A DNA stretch of 64,000 nt from Lingula anatina (GCA_051362555.1 JBPQGU010000016.1:2728001-2792000); one strand, 5' to 3'; numbered from the stretch's first letter, positions 52,212 through 63,594 are shown. Notes: a model not told the origin generated them from the sequence alone. Made by a program: numbers and translations.

Positions 52212-52527
52212 TTTTTATTCTCCTTTTTTCTGTATTTATTGTTTCATTCATTTTTTTAGATCCTCTTAAAATTTCCATTTTATAATATTGAGAATCTGTT
52301 ATTGTTAATAATCTTACATGACTATTATTTGGTATATGTTTTTTTAAAAAAATAATTTCTTGATTTTTTTTAATAGGTAAATTAATAACTTTAATATAAA
52401 CAGAATATTGCATCATAATATAACCTCTTGAAATTATTTTTTTATGAAAATTCATATATAATTTTCTTTGTTTTTCAGATGAAAAATCTAAATCATAAAA
52501 TAAAATTACTCTCATAAACTTATTCAT
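52195..52527 (-). CDS. cas2: CRISPR-associated Cas2
   Basis: MRVILFYDL, GYIMMQYSVY, VRLLTITDSQY. Confidence 0.95.
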   Translation of the reverse strand: MNKFMRVILFYDLDFSSEKQRKLYMNFHKKIISRGYIMMQYSVYIKVINLPIKKNQEIIFLKKHIPNNSHVRLLTITDSQYYKMEILRGSKKMNETINTEKRRIKIEKPN

Positions 52528-53375
52528 AAATGTCCTTTATTACTAATTAAATAATCAACTTGTTTTTCAATTGCATCATTTATATAAAAATAAGAATTAT
52601 TAACTTTTACTTTTTTATCTAAAACTTCTTTTAATTTTTCTTTAACTTCAATTGTAAAAAACTTTACATCTTTATTTTTATATACAATCTTGTCTACTAA
52701 TGGTCTATATGGCTCCATTAAATCAGAAGCTAAAGCAAAAAAGTTTGTAAAAGATTTATGAAAAATACTAATTCTTGGATCTAAACCTTTTTTTATTATT
52801 GATTTAATAACTAATGATCTAATTATTGAATAACCATAATTTAACATTGAATTTATTGTTGGATTTTTTATTGAAGTATAATCTCTTAGAAAATTTATAC
52901 CAAATAATTTATGTCAATAAACTTTTGCAGCATGTCCTTCTCTATTTGTAATATCATATTCTTTTACATTATTATAAAAATCAATTATTTCAAAATAATT
53001 TATTTTTTGTATCTTTAAATGTGTAATTTGATTACTAATTTTATTTTCAATAATATTTTTTCACAAATGAGATTTATATTGATGTTTTCAATTTAATTGT
53101 TTTTCTAAAATCTTTAATGACATATGATGTCCATTTACTGGAATTGCATGTGTTTGTGGTATATTTTCTGCATTCATAAATAAAATTGCAACATTTGATT
53201 TTGTTAATGCATTTAATAATTTAATACTTATTGTTGTTCTATCATTATTAAAAATAATAAAATCAATATCTGAAATATTTATTAAAATTTTTTCATTAAA
53301 TCTTTTAATAAGTAAATTATTAAAATACAATTGAACATATTCATCAGTATTTATTTCTATAATTTTTCAACTCAT
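52506..53375 (-). CDS. cas1: CRISPR-associated Cas1
   Basis: MSWKII, NREGHAAKVYW, LNYGYSIIRS, FALASDLMEPYRPLVD. Confidence 0.96.
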
Positions 53376-53381
53376 TTTTAC

Positions 53382-53424
53382 AAAAAAAACTCCAACTTCT
53401 ACTTTATAAAATAGAAATTGGAGT
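53382..53424 (-). terminator. Rho-independent terminator / tracrRNA 3' hairpin
   Basis: ACTCCAATTTCTA...TAGAAGTTGGAGT followed by a T run. Confidence 0.85.
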
Positions 53425-53513
53425 AAATTTACGGCATAAAGCCTTATCTTGATAAAAGTATTAAATTAGAGTTTATTTTTTTAGAGTATTCTTAAACAAC
53501 CTTTTTTCAAGAT
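53382..53513 (-). ncRNA. tracrRNA (5' end uncertain)
   Basis: Anti-repeat segments 53446-53472 and 53481-53497; nexus AAGGCTTTATGCCG; terminal hairpin plus U-tract. Confidence 0.9.
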
Positions 53514-53539
53514 TAAATAAATTATATTACTTTTTTATT

Positions 53540-54187
53540 TTATTTTAAAATTTTATTTAATTTTTCAATAATTTCTTTTTTTGATTTTGAACAATCAAGT
53601 TCAAAAAAATCATAATGTTTTGAATTTTTAACACGTTCAATTAATGGAATTGTTTCATCAATATAAACTTCTCATCTTTTTTGATTTTTTAATTCATCTT
53701 CACGTTTTATTAATTGTGCATTATCAAAATTACATCTATCCATAATTTTTGGAGGATCAAATTTTATATGATATGGTTGTCCGCAAACAGAACATGTTAT
53801 TCTTCCTAAAACTCTATCATTTGAAGTTTCTTGATCAATATTTAAAAATAAAATAATTGGTTTTATTTTTCATTTTCTTTTTCTATATTCTCTTAAAAAG
53901 AATTTTTCTTGTTTTATATTACGTGGAAAACCATCAATAATAATTTTTTCATTTGATTCATTTATTTCTCTAAATAATATTTCTGAAATAATTTCTGGAG
54001 AAATTAATTTTCCATGATTAATAATTCTTTGTATTTCTTTTCCTAATTCACTATCAATTTGAGCATACTTTCTTGCAATATCTCCAGTTGAATATTTTAT
54101 GAAACCTTTTTCTTTTATCATTCATGTTCCATAATAACCTTTACCAGCACCTGGTGGGCCTATTAAAATAATCATTTTTTCTATCAT
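53540..54187 (-). CDS. adk: Adenylate kinase
   Basis: GPPGAGKG, STGD, DGFPRN, Zn lid CSVC..CNFD. Confidence 0.95.
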
Positions 54188-55527
54188 AAAAATGGATCCC
54201 TTCTTTGTTTTTGAAAATTTAAATATTTTGTTTGAACAATAAGTTCTCACATTTGTCCAATAATATTTTCACCAATTACAACTAAAATTAGTAAACTTGT
54301 ACCACTAAATATAAAATTATCTGTTTTTTCAAATAATGTTTTTTTCATAATTAATGCAAAAACAGATAAAAAAACTAAATATATAGAACCAAAAAATGCA
54401 ATTCTTTTTAAAACATAATTTATATATTTTTCAGTTTTTTTTCCACTTCTAACACCAACAATATAAATTCCATTTTTATTAAATTCATTTGCCATTTTTT
54501 CTGCATTAACTGCAATATTTGCATATAACAAACCAAAAAATAAAACTAAAAATCCAAATATTACTATTCCTGATCATTTAGAAAAATTAAGATAATTATC
54601 AACAAATGTTATATAATTTTTTGCAGATTCATTTAAATTATCATTTAATTTTAAAATTCCTTTTACACTTCCAAAAAATGAAATTACAGTTGATGCAAAA
54701 ATAACAGGAATAACTCCAGATGGATTTAATTTAATAGGTAAATATGATTTTTTTTCATCTTTTAATCTTAAACCAGATCCTGTTTGTTGAATTGGTATTT
54801 TTCTTTTTGAATTATTTAAAAAAATTATCATAATTAGTAAAAAAATTATTGAAAGTATATAAATTAAAAATTTAATATAATCTTCAAATAAAATAATTTT
54901 ACTAAATCCTTGTTTTAATTGACTAGTAAATGAAGAAAGAATACCAACAAAAATAATAACTGATGTTCCAGAACCAATACCTTTTTGTGTTATTAATTCT
55001 GCAAGAAATAAAGTTATCATTGTTCCAGCAACCAAAACTAATGGACATAAAAAATAATAAAAATTTTGTTCATTTGCAATAATATCTTTTGATTCAAGTC
55101 AATTTACTTTAATAATTCCAGATTGACTTAATGATGTTAAAATTCCTAATGCTTGAGCATATCCTATAGGAATCATAAAAAATTTAGTAAGATAATTTAA
55201 TTTAATTTGACCTTTTTTACCTTGTTTTGCTCATTTAGATAAAATTGGAATAACTCCACCAGATAATAATTGAACTACAATTGATGAAGTAATAAATGGC
55301 GAAATTCCAATTGCAAATATTGATAATTTATTTAAAATTCCTCCACCCATTATTGAAAGTAATCTAATAAATTGATCAGGATTACTTTTATAATTTTCAT
55401 TCCATTTAACACCTGGAATTGTTATTAATGATCCGATTTGAAATAAAAATACAAACAAAAAAGTAAACAACAACCTATAAATTATTGTTTTATAAGATTT
55501 GAAAAATCCTATAATTTTATTTTTCAT
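54181..55527 (-). CDS. secY: Preprotein translocase SecY
   Basis: SIFAIGISPFITSSIVVQLL, LPIKLNPSGVIPVIFAS, GTSLLILV. Confidence 0.96.
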
Positions 55528-55529
55528 TA

Positions 55530-55982
55530 TTAAATTTTTGTAAATGTTCCGTTTTTTTCTTCAACAGCTTTTAATGCACTTTTAGAAATTGCATTTGTTT
55601 TAATATCTGTTTTAAAACTAATATTACCTTTTCCTAAAATTTTTACTGGTTTTAATATATTTTTTATTAATTTTTTTTCAAATAAAATTTCATTTGTTAC
55701 AAGTTTTAAATTTAATTCTTCAATTTTTAACAAATTAACTATTTGATAAATTGTTGGATTATATGCTTTAAAACCTCTTTTTTTTGGAACACGACGATAT
55801 CATGGCATTTGTCCACCTTCAAAAGCAAAACCTATTTTATGTCCTGAACGTGCTCTTTGTCCTTTATGACCTCTTGTTGAAGTTTTACCATGACCTGAAC
55901 CAGTTCCACGGCCTACACGTTTTCTATTTTTTTTATTATTATTAACAAGTTCGTTTAATTTTAATTCTTTTTGTTTATTCAT
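55530..55982 (-). CDS. rplO: 50S ribosomal protein L15
   Basis: [21 protein letters not shown]; FEGGQMP. Confidence 0.96.
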
Positions 55983-56679
55983 ATTTTGAACGTAATTCCA
56001 TTATTTGTTTTGGAGTACGTAGTAATTTTAAAGCTTTAATTGTTGCTTGAAGTAAATTTATTTTATTTGTAGAACCTAATGCTTTACCACAAATATTTTT
56101 AATACCTAACATTTCAATAACTAAACGAGCAGAACCACCTAAAATAATTCCAGCACCTTCAACTGCAGGTTTTAATAAAATTACTGAACTACAATATTTT
56201 GCTTTTATTTCATGTGGAATTGTTTTTGTAAATGGAACTGAAAAAATATTTTTTTCTGCTCTTGCAAAAGCTTTATTTCTTGCAGATGCAATTTCACTTG
56301 CTTTTCCATATCCAACACCTACACGACCTTTTCCATCTCCTGCTAAAGCAACTGCCATAAATCTAAATCTTCTTCCACCTTTTGTAACTTTTGTGATTCT
56401 TTTAACTTGAACTAATTTAAATTTAAATTCAGATACTTTTCTTTTTTTAAATCCAGAAGATTTTCTTCAAAGAATTTTTTGTTTTTTTATTTGTTTTTTT
56501 TGAATTTCTTGGTCTTTTTTAATATCTTTTTGAATTTGTTCTTTTTCTTTTGTTTCAGAAACAGATGATTTTAAATCATCTTTTTTAACAATTTTTTCTT
56601 CTTTTAAATTAGACTTTGTTTTATCTTCTACTTTATTATTAAAAACTTTATTTTTATTTGAATTATTAGAATTTACCAT
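55975..56679 (-). CDS. rpsE: 30S ribosomal protein S5 with N-terminal charged extension
   Basis: [15 protein letters not shown]; [14 protein letters not shown]. Confidence 0.95.
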
Positions 56680-56682
56680 ATA

Positions 56683-57036
56683 TTAAAATTTTAACCCTTT
56701 TTTACGTGCACCATCTGCAAAGGCCTTTATCTTTCCATGAAATAAAAAACCTGAACGATCAAAAACAACGTTTTTTATTTTTTTTGAAATTGCCAATTCA
56801 GCAATTTTTTCGCCAATAAGAAATGCTGTTTCAATGTTATTTTTAAATTTTTTATTTTCTAATTTTTTTGTTGAATAAGAAATCAAAGTATTATGTTTTT
56901 CATCATTAATAATTTGTGCATAAAAATTTTTATTAGATCTAAAAACTGATAATCTAGGTTTAATTTCAGTTCCAAAAATTTTCTTTCTAATTTTTAAATG
57001 ACGTAATTTTCTTTTTGCTTTTTTTAAATTTTTCAT
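56683..57036 (-). CDS. rplR: 50S ribosomal protein L18
   Basis: PRLSVFRSNK; VVFDRSGFLFHG. Confidence 0.96.
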   Translation of the reverse strand: MKNLKKAKRKLRHLKIRKKIFGTEIKPRLSVFRSNKNFYAQIINDEKHNTLISYSTKKLENKKFKNNIETAFLIGEKIAELAISKKIKNVVFDRSGFLFHGKIKAFADGARKKGLKF

Positions 57037-57051
57037 ATTATATTTATTTTA

Positions 57052-57603
57052 TTATGAACCTACAGCTGTTTTACCAACTTTTCTTCTTACTTGTTCATTA
57101 GCATAAGCAATACCTTTTCCTTTATATGGTTCAACTTTTTTAATTTTTCTAATTTGACTTGCAAATAAACCAACTAATTCTTTATCAATACCTGAAATTT
57201 TAATCATTGTATTTTTATTAACTTCAACTTTAATATTTTCAGGAATATTTAAAATTACAGGATGTGAAAAACCTAAATTCATTTCTAAATTATTACCTTT
57301 TAAAAACACTTTATATCCTAATCCTGAAACAGTTAATTTTTTTTCATATTCTTTAGTAACACCAATTAAATAATTTTCAATAATTGAATTTGTTGTTCCT
57401 CATAATGGATAATCTGTTTTTTTAGCACTTTTTAACATTAATGTTTCAATTTTATTATCTTTAATAATAACTTCAACTTTACCTGATAATTTTTTATTTA
57501 AAATACCTAATGGACCTTTTACAGTAATATCTTTAAAATCTTTTGAGATTTTAACTTCTACATTTTCAGGTATATTTAAAATTCTTTTTCCAATACGACT
57601 CAT
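57052..57603 (-). CDS. rplF: 50S ribosomal protein L6
   Basis: MSRIGKR; EPYKGKGI. Confidence 0.96.
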
Positions 57604-57609
57604 AATTTT

Positions 57610-58011
57610 TTATCAAATATAAGCTATTACTTCTCCACCAACATTTGCATCTCTAGCTTCTTTATCAGTTAATAATCCTTTTGAAGTTGAAACTATTGCA
57701 ATTCCTAACCCATTAATAACAAAAGGTATTTTTTTTAATGAAGTATATTGTCTTAAACCTGGTTTCGAAACTCTTTTCAAACCTGTAATAGCACAAACTT
57801 TATTTTTATATTTTAAAGTAATAAAAATTTCTTTTTTTACTTTTGAATTATCAATAAATTTTATTTCAAAATTTTTGATATATCCTTCTTTTTTTAAAAT
57901 TTCTAAAATTTTTAATTTAAAATTTGAAAATGGTACAGATAATGTTTCATGTGAAACCATCTTTGCATTTCTAATTCTTGTTAATAAATCTCCAATTTGA
58001 TCACTAATCAT
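57610..58011 (-). CDS. rpsH: 30S ribosomal protein S8
   Basis: DLLTRIRNA; SKPGLRQY; ends GGEVIAYIW. Confidence 0.96.
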
Positions 58012-58014
58012 TTT

Positions 58015-58200
58015 TTATCATGAAGCCTTTCTAATTCCAGGAATTAATCCTTTATTTGCTGATTTTTTAAAACAAATACGACAAAGTAAAAACTTTTTAT
58101 AAACAGATCTTTGTCAACCACACATTCAGCAACGAGTATAATTACGTGTTGAAAAACGGTTATATTTTTTTTGTTTTGCTAATAATGCTTTTCTTGCCAT
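58015..58200 (-). CDS. rpsN: 30S ribosomal protein S14 type Z
   Basis: RCWMCG...LCRICF...PGIRKASW. Confidence 0.95.
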
Positions 58201-58203
58201 AAT

Positions 58204-58752
58204 TTATTTTTTCTTTATAATTGGAAATCCTAATTTTCTTAATAATTTTAATGATTTTGTTTTATCATTTGAACTAATAACAAAAGTTAAGTTAATACCT
58301 TTATTAACACGAATTTTATCATAATCAATTTCAGGAAAAATAACCTCTTCTTTAATACCAATTGTATAATTACCTTGTCTATCAAATGCATTTAATTTTA
58401 ATCCTCTAAAATCTCTAATTCTTGGAAAAATAATATTTATTAAACGGAAAATAAAATCATACATTTTTTCTCTTCTTAATGTAACTTTTACACCAATTGG
58501 CATTCCATCACGAATTTTAAAACCAGCAACAGATTTTTTTGCTAGTGTAACAATTGGTTTTTGACATGTAATACTTCCTAATTCATTAATTGCATCTTTT
58601 ATATGTGATTTATCTGTAACAGCAGAATTAACCCTCATATTTAAAACAACCTTTTCAATTACAGGAACTTCAAAAATAGAATTAAATTTAAATTCTTCTT
58701 TTAATTCTAATATTATTTTTTCAAAAAATTCTTTTTGGAAAGTACTATTCAT
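58204..58752 (-). CDS. rplE: 50S ribosomal protein L5
   Basis: GVKVTLR, PRIRDFRG, FPEIDYD. Confidence 0.96.
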   Translation of the reverse strand: MNSTFQKEFFEKIILELKEEFKFNSIFEVPVIEKVVLNMRVNSAVTDKSHIKDAINELGSITCQKPIVTLAKKSVAGFKIRDGMPIGVKVTLRREKMYDFIFRLINIIFPRIRDFRGLKLNAFDRQGNYTIGIKEEVIFPEIDYDKIRVNKGINLTFVISSNDKTKSLKLLRKLGFPIIKKK

Positions 58753-58757
58753 AATTT

Positions 58758-59066
58758 TTAATTTTTATATTCTTTCTTTGTTTTTTTAGAAAAACGTATT
58801 TTTTTATCTTTTACAATTTTAAAACCAACTCTTGTTGTTACTAAACCTTTTGGATCCAATAACATAACATTTGAAATATGAATAGATGATGGAATTTTTT
58901 TAATTTCACCTTTTTCATTTTGAGACGGTTTTTTATGTTTTATTCTAGTAAGGTTTTCAACATTAACATTCAAAGAATTTCTATCAATTTTTTGTATAAT
59001 ACCTTCTTTACCTTTAAATTTTCCAGCAATTACTCTAACTTTGTCACCAACTTTAATTTTTTTCAT
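58758..59066 (-). CDS. rplX: 50S ribosomal protein L24
   Basis: GDKVRVIAGKFKG; IHISNV. Confidence 0.95.
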   Translation of the reverse strand: MKKIKVGDKVRVIAGKFKGKEGIIQKIDRNSLNVNVENLTRIKHKKPSQNEKGEIKKIPSSIHISNVMLLDPKGLVTTRVGFKIVKDKKIRFSKKTKKEYKN

Positions 59067-59070
59067 ATTT

Positions 59071-59436
59071 TTAGATTATATCTGATACTAAAGAAACGAT
59101 TTTATCAAACTTTCTTTTTTTAACTTCTAATGCAATTGGACCAAAAATTCTTGTTCCAACTGGTAATTTTTTTGCATTAATAATAACTGCTGCATTTTCA
59201 TTAAATTGAACAACACTACCATTATTTCTTTTAATTTTATTCTTTGTTCTTACAATAACTGCTTTAACAACATCGCCTTTTTTAACTGTACCAGATGGAG
59301 TAGAAGATTTAACAGTTGCAACAATTATGTCTCCAACAAAAGCAAAAGGTTTTCTAGAATTTAAATTTCTAATTAATAAAATTTCTTTTGCACCAGTATT
59401 ATCAGCTACTTTTATTCTTGTTTCTTGTTGAATCAT
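59071..59436 (-). CDS. rplN: 50S ribosomal protein L14
   Basis: [17 protein letters not shown]; GTRIFGP. Confidence 0.97.
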   Translation of the reverse strand: MIQQETRIKVADNTGAKEILLIRNLNSRKPFAFVGDIIVATVKSSTPSGTVKKGDVVKAVIVRTKNKIKRNNGSVVQFNENAAVIINAKKLPVGTRIFGPIALEVKKRKFDKIVSLVSDII

Positions 59437-59702
59437 TATTTATTTTTATTTTCTTTTTTAACTAATCAAAAACTTTTTCTTGCTGAATATTTTCTACCAA
59501 CTTCAATAACAACTTTATCACCAATTTTTGCTTCATTTTTTGAATCATGAACTAAATATTTTTTAGAACAAGAAACAATTTTTTTATAAATTGGATGTTG
59601 ATATTTTCTAGTTACTTCAACTGTAATTGTTTTATCTAATTTATCTTGAATAACTTTACCTCTTAATCTTAATTTGTGTATTTTTTTAGTTTTTTCTTGC
59701 AT
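59436..59702 (-). CDS. rpsQ: 30S ribosomal protein S17
   Basis: DKTITV, HPIYKK, KKYLVHD. Confidence 0.95.
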
Positions 59703-59738
59703 TTTTTTAACTTGTTTCTATTTATTTTAACATAAAAG

Positions 59739-61241
59739 TTATTTATCTTTTTTATTTTTCAAAGTTGGAAATAAAATAACATCTTTAATTGAAAAAGAAT
59801 TTGTAAATAACATAACTAATCTATCAATTCCTATACCCATTCCACCAGTTGGAGGCATACCATAACTTAATGCATCAACATAATCATAATCTACTTCATT
59901 TGCCTCTTCATTTCCAAGTTGTTTCTCTTTTAATTGTTCTTCTAATCTTTTTAATTGTTCTAATGGATCATTTAATTCTGAAAATGCATTTGCATATTCT
60001 CTACCACCAATAAACAATTCAAATCTATCAGTAAAATCTTTATTATTTTTATTAACTTTTGCAAATGGTGAAACTGATTTTGGAAACTCATAAACAAATG
60101 TAGGTTGAATTAAGTTTGATTCAACAAATTCTTCAAAAAACTTTACAATAATATGTCCTAATGTATTTTCATGTTTTTCTAATTTAATATTTTTTTTATC
60201 TGCAATAATTTTTGCATCTTCAAAATTTTTTATATTTAAAAAATCAATATTTGAATACTCTTTAATCAATTCAATCATTGTTTTTTTTATAAATGGTTTT
60301 TTAAGACTTATTTTATAATTTTCATATTCTATTTCAGTTTTATTTAATATTTTATTTGCTAAATAAAATATCATATCTTCTGCTAATTTCATCATTCCAT
60401 TCATATTTGAATATGCTTGATATATTTCAATTGCAGTAAACTCTGGATTATGTTTTACTGAAATACCTTCATTTCTAAACATTTGACCAATTTCATATAC
60501 TTTTTCAAAATTACCAACTGTTAGTCTTTTTAAATAAAGTTCAGGTGCAATTCTTAAAAAAAAATTCATTTTTAAACTATTATGAAATGTAATAAATGGT
60601 TTTGCTGCTGCACCAGTTGCAATATTAGTTAAAATTGGTGTTTGAACTTCTAAAAAATCCTTATTATTCAAAAAACTTCTAATTCCTTGAATAATTTTTG
60701 ATCTTTTTATAAAAGTTTCTTTTACTTCTGGATTCATTATTAAATCCAAATATCTTTTTCTATATCTAATTTCTTTATCTTCTAAACCTTTAAATTTATC
60801 TGGAAATGGTAAAAGTGTTTTTGCCAATATTATAAATTCTTCAACTTGAATTGATAATTCAGAAGTTTTACTAAAAATTAAAATTCCTTTTTTAATACCA
60901 ATAATATCACCTCTATCTAATAAAGAAAGTAATTTAAAATCTTCTTCTTTTGTTTTTGATTTTGAAAAAAATAATTGTATTTTTGATGTATTATCATCTA
61001 AATTTACAAATGCAATTTTACCAAAACTTTTAATAATTCCTAAACGACCAGAAATTTTTAAATTAATCTTTAAATTATTTAATTCTTCATTTGTTTTAAA
61101 ATTTTTTGTTTTTTCTCTTATATTTAAAATTGTATTTTCAGGTAAAAAATAATTTAAAAATGGGTCAATTCCTAAACTTTTAATTTTATTTAATTTATCA
61201 ATTTTTATATTTTTTAAGTTACTATTTTCAACTTTATTCAT
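59739..61241 (-). CDS. lysS: Lysine--tRNA ligase (class II)
   Basis: LRIAPELYLKRL, FRNEG..HNPEFT, YGMPPTGGMGIGIDRL. Confidence 0.97.
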   Translation of the reverse strand: MNKVENSNLKNIKIDKLNKIKSLGIDPFLNYFLPENTILNIREKTKNFKTNEELNNLKINLKISGRLGIIKSFGKIAFVNLDDNTSKIQLFFSKSKTKEEDFKLLSLLDRGDIIGIKKGILIFSKTSELSIQVEEFIILAKTLLPFPDKFKGLEDKEIRYRKRYLDLIMNPEVKETFIKRSKIIQGIRSFLNNKDFLEVQTPILTNIATGAAAKPFITFHNSLKMNFFLRIAPELYLKRLTVGNFEKVYEIGQMFRNEGISVKHNPEFTAIEIYQAYSNMNGMMKLAEDMIFYLANKILNKTEIEYENYKISLKKPFIKKTMIELIKEYSNIDFLNIKNFEDAKIIADKKNIKLEKHENTLGHIIVKFFEEFVESNLIQPTFVYEFPKSVSPFAKVNKNNKDFTDRFELFIGGREYANAFSELNDPLEQLKRLEEQLKEKQLGNEEANEVDYDYVDALSYGMPPTGGMGIGIDRLVMLFTNSFSIKDVILFPTLKNKKDK

Positions 61242-61255
61242 TTCTTTTTTAAAAT

Positions 61256-62242
61256 TTATTTATTTTGATTTAAATTATTATTATTTTTGTTGTTATTTTT
61301 TTTATTATTTTTGTTGTTATTGTTATTTTTTATAGATATAATTTTTCCATCTTGAATTTTTATAATTGTTTTTGCAATATCTGTAATTTGTTGATCATGA
61401 GTAATCAAAACAATTGTTGTTTTATATTTTTTATTAATATCAAGTAATGCTTTAATAACTTTTTTTGATGTTTTTTCATCTAAAGCACCAGTTGGTTCAT
61501 CACAAAATAAAATACATGGATTTTTAGCTAATGCTCTTGCAATTGAAAATCTTTGTTGTTGACCACCAGATAATTGATAAATAAATGAATTTTCCAAATG
61601 CTTTATCTCTAAAATATTTAAAATTTCATCAATATCAATTACTTCTTTATTTTTAGGTAATAAATTTGCACCAATTTCAACATTTTCTCTAGCAGTTAAA
61701 TTTTGTAATAAATTATAACGTTGAAAAATCAAACCAACATTTTCTCTTCTAAATTTTGTTAAATCAGAATTATTAAGAAATGTTAAATTCTTACCTTTTA
61801 CAATAACATCACCTTGATCTGGTGTATCTAAACCTGCAATTATATTTGAAAGTGAAGTTTTTCCAGAACCAGATGGACCTAAAATAACAACAAAATCACC
61901 TTTTTTAATTTTTAAAGATAAATTTAAAAAAAGTGGATTTATTTGTCTTTCAATTAAAAAATATTTAGATAAATACCTAACTTCAATATCATATTTTTCA
62001 ACATCATAATCTTTAACATCATCTATTGAAACAAGAAGATCATTTTTAATAATTTCTTTAGAATATTTTTTTCTTAATTTTTCATATTTTTTTTGATTAT
62101 TTATATAATCTTTGTAATTATTTATATCATTATATAAAGTTTCATCTTTTAATGAAATTGGTATATTGTATTTTTTAATTAATACTTTTTTTTTATTTCA
62201 TTTAAATTTGTTTTTTAATTTTTGTAAAAATGTAAATTTCAT
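61256..62242 (-). CDS. ABC transporter ATP-binding protein (LolD/MacB-like)
   Basis: GPSGSGKT, LSGGQQQR, CDEPTGALD; N-terminal extension and Asn/Lys tail. Confidence 0.9.
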
Positions 62243-62296
62243 ATCTAATAAATAAAAATTTTGGATTTAAATAAAAATAATTATAAACTAAATTAT

Positions 62297-62515
62297 TTAT
62301 TTATTTATTGTTTTATCAATATTTTTATTTAATTCTTTAATTAATGTTGAAACTCTTGCAATATCTTTTTTAATTTTTTTAACTTCTGAATATTTTTGAG
62401 TTTTACCAGTTGAAATTTGAAATTTTAAAACAAACAATTTACCATATAAATCATTTAAAATTTCCTTTAATTCTTTAGTACTTTTATTTCTATATTCATT
62501 AATAATAATACTCAT
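62297..62515 (-). CDS. rpmC: 50S ribosomal protein L29
   Basis: LFVLKFQ; KKDIARVST; follows rplP. Confidence 0.93.
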   Translation of the reverse strand: MSIIINEYRNKSTKELKEILNDLYGKLFVLKFQISTGKTQKYSEVKKIKKDIARVSTLIKELNKNIDKTINK

Positions 62516-62527
62516 AACTTTTTATTT

Positions 62528-62950
62528 TTATGTTAATAATTCATTCCCTTTTTTAACAAATCTTCATTTTAATGGAAGTTTGTTACCAGCAGATCTAACT
62601 GCTTTTTTTGCTAATTCTTCAGAAATTCCTGCAACTTCAAATATCACTGTTCCCTTTTTAACAACAGCAACTCATTTATCAATAGAACCTTTTCCTGAAC
62701 CCATACGTACTTGTGCTGGTTTTGAGGTTTTTGCAAAATGTGGAAAAACTCTAATTCACATTTTTCCATATTTTTTAGTATATTTCATTAATGCAATTCT
62801 TGCAGATTCAATTTGATTATTAGTTAATCAATTACCTTCTAAAGATTGTAAACCAAATTCACCAAAAGCAACTGTTTTACATCCTTTTGCTTTTCCTTCA
62901 TAACTTACTCTATGTGGTTTTTTTCAAGTTGTTTTTTTTGGTAATAACAT
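62528..62950 (-). CDS. rplP: 50S ribosomal protein L16
   Basis: [14 protein letters not shown]; VRMGSGKG. Confidence 0.96.
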
Positions 62951-62952
62951 AA

Positions 62953-63594
62953 TTAAATAGTAACATTTACCTTTCTATAAACTCAAACTTTAACACCAAT
63001 TGCTCCATAAGTTGTTCTTGCAGTTGAATAACCATAATCTAATGGAATACGTAAAGTTGAAAGTGGCAATTTACCAAATGATTGTGTTGATTTTCTTGCA
63101 ATATCTACACCATTTAATCTTCCACTAACAGTAATTTTAATACCAAAAACACCTAATTTTTGTGCAGTTTTAATTGTATTTTGTAATATTTTTCTATAAT
63201 TTTGTCTATTTCCTATTGCTCTTGCAATATTATTTGCTAAAATTTGTGCATCAAAATCTGGATTTTTTTCTTCAATTAACTTAACTTTAATTACATAAGT
63301 TCTATCAATTAATAATTTTTGAATTCATTTTATAATTTTTTCAATATTTGAACCTTTTTGTCCTAATAAAATCCCAACTTGTGATGTATGTACAAAAATT
63401 CTAATAACATTGTTTTGTCTTTTAATAACAACTTTTGAAATTGAAACATTAGAAAAACGATCTTCAAACATTTTTCTAATTAAATAATCTTCTTTCAATC
63501 ATTTAATTGTTTTTGTTTTATCAGCAACTCATTGAGATCTTCAATTTTGATTTATACCAATTCTTAAACCTATTGGATTTACTTTGTGACCCAT
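62953..63594 (-). CDS. rpsC: 30S ribosomal protein S3
   Basis: MGHKVNPIGLRIG; SGRLNGVDIAR; GVKVWVY. Confidence 0.96.

Noticed and set aside
32430-53539. tRNA-Ser-anchored integrative island
   Set aside because: The region lies 5' of the tRNA; no duplicated tRNA 3' end or integrase seen.
56400-56679. Long charged N-terminal extension of S5, and no rpmD after rpsE
   Set aside because: Both are common in Mollicutes.
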